64,000 bases of DNA from Sphaerodactylus townsendi (lineage: Eukaryota), in the NCBI RefSeq assembly GCF_021028975.2, contig NC_059429.1:24428001-24492000 (forward strand). Direction: 5' to 3'. A program made the translations under genes and the position numbers. Below are positions 33,924 to 46,816 of this stretch, piece after piece; positions within the stretch are counted from its first letter, which is position 1, and each line of letters opens with the position of its first letter. The notes below the pieces were generated by a model. It saw nothing but the letters and a program-made list of their open reading frames with translations. It was not told the origin of the DNA and searched no databases.

Positions 33924-36314
33924 GGACCTTGAACAGAAAAAACTCTTTACCTCAAAGAAGATCAAGACTTGGCTTGAAAGTTGTGCTATTTCTTTGGATG
34001 ATTTTGTCTAAAGGCTGAAATGGTTTTCTGTCTGTTTGGAAACTAGATGGGACTGGAATATTTTCTAGCCACGCTATAGACTTTTTATGGAGCTCAGCAT
34101 TAAGAATCAGGTAGTCTGCCCCCCTTTTGATGACTTGATTCCCATTTTGTTAAGTTACAGGATCATGTTTCTTAATCTGGTGTTGGGGCTGTGGGGGGTG
34201 GAAAGTGTTGCGCATACATGTTTGGAGAAGCTGTGGCCAATTGCTTATCTCAATGGTTCCCAAACTTTTCTGGGCTGCTACCCCCCTGGCTTCCAGGACC
34301 CATCCCTAGCACCCCTCCCTCCACATACTTATGAACGGTCTACTGCAAACTCAAAATCGGGGGAGAGTGCTGCTGCTTTTTCTTTTAAATCTTGCCTTAC
34401 AAAGCAACGAGGACGGGGCTCTTTGCCTTCAAGCCCCCCTCCCCCAGGGCTACACAATGAAGAGAGTGCTGCTATTTTTCCTTTTAAAAAATATTGCCTT
34501 GCAAAGCAGTGGCAATGGGACTTAGCTCTACCACCCTCACCCCAGGCTACACAGGTAGGAGAGTGCTACTGGTTTTCTTTTAAAACTCACCAGTCACCAC
34601 ATGGCAAGGATGGAAGGACAAGACCTCTTTCCAGCTGGCACAATCCCTGCCTCTACCCCACCCCCCCTTCCACAAAAGTCCTCACCACCCTCCTTGATGT
34701 TTCCACCACCCTTAGGGGGAACGGTATTGTCCACTTTGGGAATCTCTAGCTTATATGAACCCTTGCCTGGTGCCAAGTCAGACTGCTGATTGATCAAGGC
34801 CAGTATTGTGAGTGGCAGTAACTGTCCAGAGTCTCAGGTAGCAGTCTTTCACATCCTTATACCATGATAGTTTTAACTGGCGTTGCTAGAGACTTAACTT
34901 GGGACTGTCTGTGTGTGTGAAACAGATACTCCAACACTGAGCCATGTTTCCCCTCCCCTGTCTTTCCCAGCATGCATCAGTGCCATAAGAAACTCACACG
35001 TACTGTGGATTTAAAGCTGGGGTGCCATGCTGCTGTATTCACAGTGTATACGTGCAATTGGTGTCCAAAGTGTCCAAAGTCAAAATTGCATGGCCCAGTA
35101 CAGCGATGCACTTCCAACCTAGCACTGTGCTCGGCTGTGTATGTTGAGCAATAAAGCAAACTCTGTTTACATGAACCAGTGTCTGCGGTTATTTCACACT
35201 TCCATCTAAGTAAACTAAAGTTTGGCACAGTCACCAATTGCTGTTGAAATTGGAAACGTGGCTAAACTTTGCATCTGAGAATGATTACTTACCCCCGTCT
35301 AGACAGATTGGAGAGGCGATGCAGCTGCCCTGTGCATGCATCTGTCCAGCTGCCAGCAATTTACAGGTGGGCCCACTTCATGTAGAAGGCCTAGGCTCCC
35401 AGCCCGAGCTGTGCTCACACACAAATAATCAGCAGATTAAGACCCCAGAAGAACCTCTAAGGACACACACACCCCTTTCCCTTTTTTTTAATAATACTAT
35501 AAGGCCGTGGTGGTGAACCTTTGGCAATCCAGATGTTATGGACTACAATTCCCATCAGCCCCTACTGGCAGGGGCTGATGGGAATTGTAGTCCATAATAT
35601 CTGGAGTGCCAAAGGTTCACCACCACTGCTATAAGGCATCTTAAATCTGGTCTAGTTTAGGGCCTCAGCATGTTTCAAGCTTACAGCCTGAAATGAAGTC
35701 GATGGCTACAAGTGTGTGTAACAACTGCAGGCCTATAGACATGCCGGCTCTCTGCAGACTTACGGCACTTCTACTCTACTTTTCAAAGTAGTTGATTAAA
35801 AATTACAAGATGGCACAAATGCAATTTAGGTAGAGAAAAAAAACACACCCTGGGCAGGCTTGAGTACTTGCAAGTGGAAAAGAAAACAGGGTCAGCCTGC
35901 AGGTTGCTTATAAAAAATCTTCCAAACTTTTTTTCCTTGCAAGGATCTAGTAGGACTGGAGGCAGCCAGGCTACCCTCAGGAGTCAGATATAGGGATTAT
36001 GTAAAAAAGATGAGTTTGGATTTATATCACACCTTTCTGGCTTGTAAGAAGACTCAAAGGGGCATACAAACTCCTTTCCCTTCCTCTCCCCACAACAGAC
36101 ACCTTGTGAGGTAGGTGGGACTGGGAGAGTTCCAAACCCATGGCCACCCAGCAGGCTTCATGTGGAGAAGAGGGGAAACAAACCCAGTTCCTCAGATTAG
36201 AGTTTACCACTTTTCATAGTTTCATTAAACAGGAAAATTATTTTGCAGTACTCCATTTAAGATGCTCAGTGTTTTGTTCTGTTTTTATGCCCTTGCTGGT
36301 ATTCACTCCTATGG

Positions 36315-36792
36315 CAGTGATGGCAAACCTATGGCATGGGTGCCAGAGATGGCACTCGGAGCCCTCTCTGTGGGCACACGCACACAGAGTTCATCATGTG
36401 AGGGGTGGAAAATCACACACACACACATCTAGGCTGGCCTGGGTCACTGAGCATGATGTGTGCGTATCGCAGTGAGCAGGAAGGACTCAGCTGGCGGGCC
36501 TGGTGCCTGTGCTCTGGGTGGTTGCTGCCCGGGGGGGGGGGGGGGGCACAGAGGAGGGAGAGATGCTAGAGAGGCACAGAGTGGTGCGCGCGGGACTTGC
36601 TGGAGGCTACAGCAGGCTGACTCCTGCTCAAGCAGGTGGGGCTGAGGAAGAGGGAACCAACTGTTTTTTGTTTTTTTTCTAAACTAAAACCTCAGCATTC
36701 AGGTTAAATTGCCAGGTTGGCACTTTGCGATAAATAAGTGGGGTTTGGGTTGCAATTTGGGCACTCGGTCTCAGAAAGGTTCGCCATCACTG
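36315..36792. mobile_element. hAT MITE
   Basis: TIR cagtgatggc(a/g)aacct; TSD TCCTATGG. Confidence 0.88.
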
Positions 36793-39764
36793 TCCTATGG
36801 TTTGTTTCAGTGGTACTTTATTTTGCAAGCTGCTTCAAACAGGATCTCTGGGAGAGGCAGCATACCAATTTACTACAGGAAAGAGATAGGCATGTCAACT
36901 GAACAGGATAAGTGCGGACGGGAGAAGGCAAGCCATGCATCCCCCTCCTGAGGTAACTGGAGAAAGGGTGGGATTTTGAAAAATGTACTAAAACAGAACC
37001 TCACTCTTCCCTCGTGGAGTCTAAATTTATCAAAACAAGGACTCCTATTTTCAGAGACTGCAAGGGGAGATGGATTGTCACTTCTGGAAAAATGTGTGTC
37101 TGCAACTGGCATAGTGGTTAACAGCAGGTGTACTCTAATCTGGAGGAACCAGGTTTGATTCCCCACTCTGCTGCTTGAGCTGTGGAGGCTTATCTGGGGA
37201 ATTCAGATTAGCCTGTAAACTCCAACACACGTCAGCTGGGTGACCTTGGGCTAGTCACAGTTCTTCTGAGCTCGCTCAGCCCCATCCACCTCACAGGGTG
37301 TTTGTAAGCCCCTTTGAGTCTCCTTGCAGGAGAGAAAGGGGATATAAATCCAACTTTTTCTTCTTCTGTTCTGAAAAGCCCCATCACATATTTCAGTGCA
37401 TGCAGCCGATATCTAAACCATCTAGCCGGGTATGCTGTCACATCAGAACCAATTGCTGTTCACCCAAATGCCTAATTCTAGAGAAATATGCATGAAGTTA
37501 CAGCTTGCAACCATTTCTACATGAGCTGCAAAATGCTGGTTACTGAGTCTGCTTAGAATGGCTGTATGGAGAGCTATAGGTATAGAACAGTAATATAGAT
37601 GGCAGAAAAACGATTTGCTTATTATGCTTTATGACTACGGGCCAGAGAAGATACTGCTAGACTGTATTTGCTTTTTGAGTTTTGTCTGCCAAATGATAAC
37701 GCTTGTATAGCCAAGGCTGGCATGGCCACAACGGATGGGGAAAGAATAGAACATATAATGCAGCGTAAGCATTTGCTCTCTGGCCTGCAGGTCAAAAATA
37801 TCTTCCAACATAGTCTTGCAATACTATAACACAAATGGGTAACTGGCTACCCAGACACTGGCCTTGGTGGACTCCGGTGTAGTTTTACGGTCAAAGACCC
37901 CAACTGAAAATTGCAAGCCCTTGGCACTCCATATAGCTAGGAAACAGGAGACCGGACAACTTGAAATTGCAGAACATACGACCAAGGAACAATACAGGAA
38001 GATTGGCCCAAGGTCACTCAGCCCAGTGGGGCTTCCTGCTTGGGTCTTTCCAGATCATTGACACTCTACCATTACACTGCGCTGTGCTTATTTATGGGGG
38101 GGTCATTTTATTACCAGAAAGGGGAGAAGAGGCTGTGGCAGTGGCAGAATTTGAATCGGGCTTGCAGGGATGTCATTCAGTCTAAACCACTATAATGCAC
38201 ATGTTCAACACTAGAGTAGCCTCTTAGAGTTTTTCATTCTTGTACCCCTTAAGAAAAAGAAGAGTTTGGATTTATATCCCCCCTTTCTCTCCTGTAGGAG
38301 ACTCAAAGGGGCTTACAATCTCCTTGTCCTTCCCCCCTCACAACAAACATCCTGTGAGGTGGGTGGGGCTGAGAGAGCTCCAAAAAGCTGTGACTAGCCC
38401 AAGGTCACCCAGCTGGTGTGTGTGGGAGTGCACAGGCTAATCTGAATTCCCCAGATAAGCCTCCACAGCTCAAGGGGCAGAGCAGGGAATCAAACCCGGT
38501 TCCTCCAGATTAGAATGCACCTGCTCTTAACCACTACGCCAAGGCTGATTCACACATGAATGTTCAGCGCCTTAAGTTAAACATTAAAATATTTATATCC
38601 ATCTCCTCCCATGGCTCAAAGTGGCTTATGAATTCTCATTTAAAGCATACAACCAAAAGCCAAATAAGCCTCTTCTCTGCTGTCCACATCCGTTGACATA
38701 CCTGGCAAACAGAAAAGTCTCACAGTGCCTCCCAGAAATTACCAGACAGCTCCCAGGTTGACCTCAGGTTAGTGTCAATCAGGCTGCTATAAATGGAGAG
38801 CAGGTGGGAGACAGAGAAGTCCGGCCGGCATACAAGAACATATGGGAGAGATGGTCTTTTAGATATGCGGGTTTGAAGGTGCACAGGCTAATCTGAATTC
38901 CCCAGACAAACCTCCACAGCTCAAGGGGCAGAACAGGGAATCAAACCTGGTTCCTCCAGATTAGAATGCACCTGCTCTTAACCACTACGCCACTGCATAG
39001 TTGTGTGTTGCCCTAGGTTGGGAGTTGTCCTCAATCCTTTTGAGCCTGCAGGCATTTTTGGAATTCTGGCACAGCATGGTGGGCACAACCACAAAATGAT
39101 TGCTGCAGTTTACGACCAGTCACACAGTAAAGATCCTTGTGCTGTGGCAACAGCTGCTGCCAAAGCAACATTTTTTAAAAAAGCTGCCCAGCCAACTGGG
39201 TCTCCAATGAAGGAATTGGTTGTCTCCACTGGTTGAATTAACACCTGTGACTCAGTATTCTTTTTCCCTTTAACACCAAACCTGTGAATGCTAATTCGCT
39301 GCTGACAACGATTGGTGTGGCTGTTGCTTGGCAGTAGATGAAAACCTTAAGAACAGCTGGGTTTTGTAAAACAGCAGGAGGAAAGGACTTGGGTGTTCTT
39401 TTCTCCGTTTGCTTCTCCTTTTTCAAGGTCTTATTGGATTTTTTAAATTAGCTTTTGACTTGTCTGAGTGGACAAGGGAGTTTTGTATTTCCTTGAATAA
39501 ATTTTGACTATAGAATTGGCACCTGGACTTGGTGGTTGCAAGTTCAACGTTCCAGAAACAGACCCAAGGCAGAGGCCCTCAAGCAGTGAGGCAAGCTCAG
39601 AGGCTGTGTGTCAGCAGGGAAAGCTAAGGTGAGGAGCAGCTAGTTTATACAAATGACCAATCAGAAACCTTGTGGCAAGAGCCCCTTGGCCCCACAGATT
39701 CTACAGGAAAGATATGGGAGGCACCATGCTGCCCATACACACCGCACTGGGGATGCCTGTAAGG

Positions 39765-40270
39765 CAGTGGTGGCGAACCTATGGCACGGGTGTCAGAGGT
39801 GGCACTCAGAGCCCTCTCTGTGAGCATGCACAGAGTCACCCCCCCCCCCACACACATCTAGGCTGGCCTGGGCTGCTGGGCTTGATTATTAGCATTAAAC
39901 CTAAGACCTAATTTTGGGGAAGCAGTGTAGGTAACCCTGTTAAGTGCTGTTAAACCCCACTGATTTTCATGCAAAGAACTAAAGCACGATCCTTTACCTG
40001 GGAATAAGCTCAGTTGCTGGCAATGGGGCTTGCTTCTGAGTAAGCCCTCCTAGGGTCGTGATTCACCCGTTGGGAGAGGGTTTCTTCAAAGCAAAGCCAC
40101 CAACAACCACCAAGCTTGCTCCCGAGTAATGCATGCCTCTGATCCAACGGTTTTTTTAAAACGAAAACCTCAGTATTCAGGTTAAATAGCTGTGTTGGCA
40201 CTTTGCAATAAATAAGTGGGTTTTGGGTGACAGTTTGGGCACTCGGTCTCGAAAAGGTTCGCCACCACTG
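39765..40270. mobile_element. hAT MITE with the same termini as 36315-36792 but a different interior
   Basis: TIR cagtggtggcgaacct; TSD CTGTAAGG. Confidence 0.88.
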
Positions 40271-40649
40271 CTGTAAGGGGACTGAAAGGAATTTACAAAT
40301 TCCTTTTCCTTCTCCCCACAACAGACACCTTGTGAGGTAGGTGGGGCTGGGAGAGTTCTGAGAAAACTGTGACTAGCCCAAGGTCACCCAACAGGCATGT
40401 AGGAGTGGGGAATCAAATCCAGTTCACCAGATAAGAATTCGCCACTTAGTGGCAGAATGGGAATCAAGCCCAGTCCATCTGGTCTTAGCACTATACCACG
40501 CCAGCTAAAAAGGGATATTTTGACATTGTTTTTACCTAGCCAGACCCTCCCTTAACACCCCTCACTGGTTGCATCTCATTCTTTTTGTAGGTTTAAACTT
40601 TGCACTTAGTCCTAAGCACACAGCGAACAACAAATCACATCAAGGTTAT

Positions 40650-43600
40650 TTGCCAATAAAATATTGCAACTTTTATTTAAAACAAAATGCAAATTGGCAA
40701 AAAAAAAATCGTCGTTGGAACGACAGGCAGAGGAGCCCACACAACGGGGACCCATATTTACATCAAGTTAACACTGTTTGCAGTTCACAGTCAGGCAATA
40801 GTGAGAATTTAAATTAGAAAAAAAAACCCTCAAATATATTACAACAACAAATAAAAAAAAACAAAAAAAGAACAATTGACAACACTGGTAAGTGTGGGTA
40901 CTGTTTGTGATCAGCGTGTTTTCGACTCCATCAAATTCTCTCTTCAGTGACTTCAACTATTAATTAAACTAACCGAGTGCTGGGTTTATTTAAAATCCTC
41001 AACCAATTTTCCCCTGCCCCCTCCCCCTAAACCCACCCCTTCCACTGCACACTCTTGTGCCCTAGACATCTGCAGAGAAATGAGAAGTTTCCAATACTAC
41101 CTTTCTGTAAGGGGGCACTCATTTTCATTTCATGGACATTAAGATAGCTTTGCAGACCCAAATGCTTACAAGCCTTGCGATGCTGCCAAGCAGGTTCTAT
41201 ATCAGTCATTTGGGGTTGTTATTTTTTTTTGAAGCTGGAATGCATTTGGTCTAAATATCCAATTACAACTTATGGTCTGTTTATACTATCTGGAAAAGTC
41301 AACTGGGAAAGCACTGGGCCGCCCTATCAAAGCTGCAGGCTTCAGCATGGATGCACACTGCATATTTGAAAGTCCCTATGCCAAATGGAGCCACTATGTC
41401 AGTGAAAAGATTAGGTGGAGTCAGGTTCTCTTAAAATGTACATATGCAGAGTTTTTAGGATGGCACTAAATAAACCCCTTATGCATCCTGCAGCGGTACA
41501 GCTGACAAGCTTTATAAATCGATTCTGCAACAGGTACGAAATGGACCTAGAAACTGCTGCATGGCGTCAGCTTCTCTTTTTGAATGGTTTATGGGGATAA
41601 TTAAGGCCCTAGAGGTGGTGGGGCAGCGTTTGGTGAGCACCCAATGAGACCTTTGATACTACTGTTCAACCTACCTCTCCACTGCTTTCCTGGCCCAAAA
41701 GCCCAAACAAACCCTTCCACATGATGAGAAACAAAGAACGCCTGTTGGAATGCTTTCAAAGCTTATTGGTTTGACGCTCTATTACGGACTGCAGGTTTTA
41801 AAAATGCCAAAACTCACAACAGTCCACAGGTAGACTGCATACGTCGTAGCATGCCACCACACATGGAAAACTTCTTTGAGAACATGGACATTATCTAGGA
41901 CAACCTTGCTATGAAAACCCAGCAGCAGCACTTGGGGGAAAAGTATTCCTGCACGTTTCAATCTTCAGAATGGGAGGAGCAAGATGGCGCCCCACACTTC
42001 TATACTCCACAGGTTCAAAAAAATCTTCCCCATTCAGCTGAAACTTTCCATGGACTCCATATATTATCCCCTCAGACCAGTTAACGTTTTCTTCCCACAG
42101 TATGAACTTGATTTGAGTTTCAGGCGAGTATGATTTAAGGATCATGGTTAGTCCCAAAAAATCAGTGCCACAATTCCAAAAAGGCAAATGGAGCACGAAT
42201 GAGGGCAGCATATCTCCCTCCCCACCGCCCCCGCCATTAGTTTCATTAAAAGTGCCATTTTAAGTGGAGTACAAATTGTGCAACGTACTACTTAAAAATG
42301 GGTACTGGGACAAATATCACCCCTTCGATTTCCAAGGGTCTTGAGCCATAGGAAATCATGGACCACTGACTGTTTAAAAAAAAGTATATGGATGCTATTA
42401 CTACCAATAGGCATTCTCTGGAGTCCATTTGGGAGAGGAGCAGAGAAAACAATTCATGTGCTCAAGACACTTGCATGTTGTGTTCCAGCAATCCAGGAAT
42501 GCACACACAGAACAGCTCCCACCACTGGGCAAAGCAAGCAGTTATTTCTGAGCCTGTTCATGCACACACGTACACCTAACCCCAGCAGACTGTGGCCCCA
42601 ACCAGCAATAGCAGCAAGTAGAACAGAAGGAATGGAGGAGGGGTGAGGGGTCCTGGCTGCCTTTTCCTTTCCTCCTTTCAGATACAGCCTGCAATTTCTC
42701 ACTCGCCCCCACAGCTCCTCAGCATCTGAACCACTGAGCAACTGCGATTAAGTGCGAAACCGGCACAGAAGCAAATTAAGATATTTTTTTTTTGGAGGGG
42801 GAGAGAGACAAGAGAGACAGATGCGCACACTCGCCCCAGGAGGTTAGGATGAATCTTTTTCCAACATCGAATTGCCCTGATACGGATTATCCAGGATTCC
42901 CAACTCACTGGATAGAGCTACTCAAATACGTGTGTGGGCGTATGTGGGGGGGAATTTGTGGTTAACTCCAGGTAGTTCAGGAATGTTATATTCCTGAGTA
43001 ACTGAAACAGGAAAATGGTCAGGTTTAATATATATGGGGCAGGATGGTACGAGATGTAGAATCCTATTCCTTACCCCCTAAACCAGGGGTAGGGAACCTG
43101 CGGCTCTCCAGATGTTCAGGAACTACAATTCCCATCAGCCCCTGCCAGCATGGCCAATTGGCCATGCTGACAGGGGCTGATGGGAATTGTAGTTCCTGAA
43201 CATCTGGAGAGCCACAGGTTCCCTACCCTAAACCCACACACTTTGTGCAGCAGAGAGCAAGGTAACTTACTAAGAAGCAACCAAGTCAAGTCTAAAATCT
43301 AGCATCAAGAAAGATTTAAAAACCTAACACATACAAGAGACAAGGTTTGCAGTGTTGTTTGTACATTGATCTGAGATGCCTTGAAGACTACATGTTCCAC
43401 CTCATGGCTAGTAGGTATATCTCTGGTGTGGTGGTGAGGGAGTGAACCCATGGCTGAAATAGCAAGCCATGTGAAACTGGGATAAGACATGGCTAGAAGT
43501 TCGAAATGATATATGACAAGCTACCAGTATGTTTTTTGTAACCATTAGGAATGGGCAGATGTTAAAGTGGATTTTGCCCTCTTCTTGCATTGCTGCGGAA

Positions 43601-46600
43601 CCTCTCAGGAAAGCTGGAAGACTGCCATCTCCAGCCGTATGCAAAAGCAGTAAACACAAATGCTCTCCTTGCTCTGAGTACCGATGGTTGAAAGAATTTA
43701 ACACAAGACAACGCAAATATCCTTCAAAACCACCCGTTTTGTGAGTTACTTGAGGTCTGGAATACAGAAGGAATGGTTTGTGTAGGCAAAGATGACAAAT
43801 GGAAGCCAATGCAGAGATGATGGCTAGTCGAATGACTTTCTCTGCTCTATCCAGAAGGTTGCTCTAAAAGTGCAGAAACTCTTGCAAACTGGAAGCATTA
43901 GGTAGTCTGGAAGTGATACTTCTGTGCCTTCCACTGAAAGGCATGTGGGGAATTGAATAATCAGTGTTTACTTTCTCAAAAAGTCTTGCTTGCATTTGCA
44001 AATTAAATTACAAACATTTATTCAATTTAAAATCTGTTTAAAACTTAGCACTGTTCCTAGTTTAGTGTGCACAGGTACATGATGCCCAAAGTAATTGAAA
44101 ACACCACCTCTTAAAGGCCAGTTATGTGCTGCACTCAACATGTGAACAATAATGTAAGCCAGGCTCCAACAGCTGATGGGCTGAAAAGCTCCCCTGGAAA
44201 CAGACTAGAGTGGGACCATAGACGAAAGCAGTATAATTTAAATCAGTGGCTCTTACGAAGCTGGGGCCCAAAGATGGGTTGAGTCCAGGAGCTCCAACTT
44301 CCCCGGCTGTCTCCAATCACATGTGGGCTAATTTTCCCACGCAGTTAGGCTCTTAACCACGGCTTGCCTCATTTCGCTCACTGAACTTATGACATTGATA
44401 CTGTCTGGTCTGTTACAATCTGGTCTAATTTTTCCACCTTTACAGCAGAGTGTGTTCAGTTCACACATATCCTTCTGCCACCTCTTTTCTCTCTCTCTCT
44501 CTCTCCATAGAGAAGCACGATAAAACATTTTAGAGTTTCCATAAGTTAAAACGAAAAATTACCAACTTGTAAGGTTTAAGGTGCACAGCAAATCTGACCC
44601 TGAAAAATTGCTTGCTGCCAATGCTGCTAATAAAAAAAAATATGGAAATTTACTGACAACTGTGAATGGATTGTTGCAGATTTTAATTTGGAATTAGTAT
44701 ATAGCTGCTAGAGCTGTAAAGACCTTCCCCTCCCAGCAGTATGTATCCTGAGGAAATACAAGGAGCTGAGGTAAGATTTGTGTTCAACTTGGTAGACTTC
44801 TAAGGGCAGGAATTTCCTATCCACATTTCAAGGAGTGTAATCTGGGAGAAATCAAATTTCTCTTAATTTTTTTGAATTCTATTTAAGGACACAGTTTTTT
44901 AAGCACCATTACCGATAAAAATGAAGTCTTGTGTCTTTGTGAACAGTAGCATTCTATACATAAACCAGAATGGGCAACCAAGGCTCAGTTCACACAACCA
45001 GCAATAACAGTGTTGTCATTAAGGTATGCCTGCCCCTCACCCTCCCCAACTAATAATGACGTATTTCCTTCATGTAGGTGTTATTTTTTTCCCACTATGT
45101 TAAAAGGGGGAAGGGACTGCAACTCAATCCGTGTGGCGCACCTACATTAGGTTACGTTATCTGCATGGAGAAGGAGGAGGACCATTTTCATGTTGCCACT
45201 GTGAGAGAGCCACTATTGCTCTGGTTCGCACTGGGTCCAAAATGCAGGTAGACTCTTGCCTGAACTAAAAGTGCAAGAAAGAAGAGTTGACAGTCCATTC
45301 TTCCTTTAGCCCCTGTTATTTATCAAGTCATTCCATCCATACCATTAGATTGCTTTCCCCAGTAATGCATGTTCAGAAAACAAGCCATTTAGGATAGGGC
45401 AAAAACATCCATATTTTTAATATGAATGGAAGGTAATATCACAGAGGAGGAGCTCCTAGGAGCCCATTTCTAAGCAGCAGAGGGAGACAAATTAAGTCCG
45501 GTCTGGTTCAGCTATATTTTTTCTGGTTCCCTCAAAAAAATAGCTGGGTTAGGGACAGCTATAGTTTATTTTTACTTTTTTTTTTAAAAAAAAAGGAATG
45601 TAGAGAACAGCAGCAGCAGCAGCATTCTGCAATGCTTTTAAAACAAGGGTGGCACCTCAAGGTTTATCAAAGGAACAGGAGTCAATACTGTACCAAAATT
45701 TAAACACAAATAAAAACAGCTTTCAGACCCATGCTGGTAAGTTTGCGCTACAGCCCCAAACTACTCAAGAGATTGCCAGGTTAGACAGATTCCCATGCTA
45801 CACTACCAAAATGGTGATAATAGCCAGTTTGCGTGCTTTCGGAGTTGGGGAGTGAAATCCAGTGGCCCGTTTGCCCAGCATCACTCAGCTACCAGTGAAG
45901 GAGTGATGGGTGTGCAGGGGTGGTGGCGGTGGTGGCGCCTAAATGACGTCAAAGAGAACAAAAAGGCATGTGTTTCAAAGATCATCTGGCTTGCTGCAAT
46001 TTGTTACAGCAGCAAATCACACTGTGGATGATAAGGCCTGTCATGTTAAATGGCGTCTGGAGCTTTGGGAAGGGGATGCACTAGCCCAGGGGTCTGAAAC
46101 CTGTGGCTCTCCAGATGTTCCAATTGGCCATGCTGGCAGGGACTGATGGGATTTGTAGTCCATGAACATCTGGAGAGCCGCAGGTTGCAGACCCTGCACT
46201 AGCCCATCCAAATGCCATTTAACATAACAGACCTTGCCCCCACTTCCCTCCGAGCGGGGGGGTGGGGGGGTAGCAAACTCCAGTTCCATTGGTGCCCCTG
46301 AACTTTTCTGCTGTTGTTCATGAGGCCAAAACATGCAGTAGTGCAGAAGAGGAAGTGGCTTCCCTTCCCAGTAGCTCTGGTCATCTGGACAACGTGGAGA
46401 ACAGCAGGCCTTTCCCAAAACTAGGACCTTGCTGTTGATTCTCCTGCCTAAGAGGAAGAGGGCTGAGAACATCAGAACCCCCACCCCTCCCGCCCTCCCC
46501 CCTTGGCAAATGCAAGATTGCCTTTTCTGGCTAGGGCAAATTCTTGACATTCTGCCCCTACCAGCTGCAATCTTCGGACCCCTCCCCACGAAGCCCGGCT

Positions 46601-46816
46601 CCCCTCCCATCAGCCCCATGTACTGAGATGAACCTGTAAACATGAGAGCTCAGTGATTTGAGGTACTTCACATAAAACTCGCTCAAGTATCAGTCTTTCA
46701 TTTCAGAAGCAATAACATCAGGGGGGAGGGGGGACCACAGGAAAGTCATCCCGACCCTTCTCGTCTCTCTCCACATTGTGTCTCATGTTTCCTCCCAACC
46801 AGATAATCTACAGTAG
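40650..46816 (-). other. ABL2: Probable long (about 6.2 kb) ABL2 3'UTR
   Basis: Repeat-poor stretch after the stop codon, ending at a - strand AATAAA (plus-strand tttatt 40672-40677) followed by a GU-rich tract; repeat density rises sharply below about 40500. Confidence 0.6.

Noticed and set aside
34087-34749. 220-aa ORF downstream of TOR3A
   Set aside because: Appears to overlap a decayed MITE-like repeat with internal duplications; no domain or splice support
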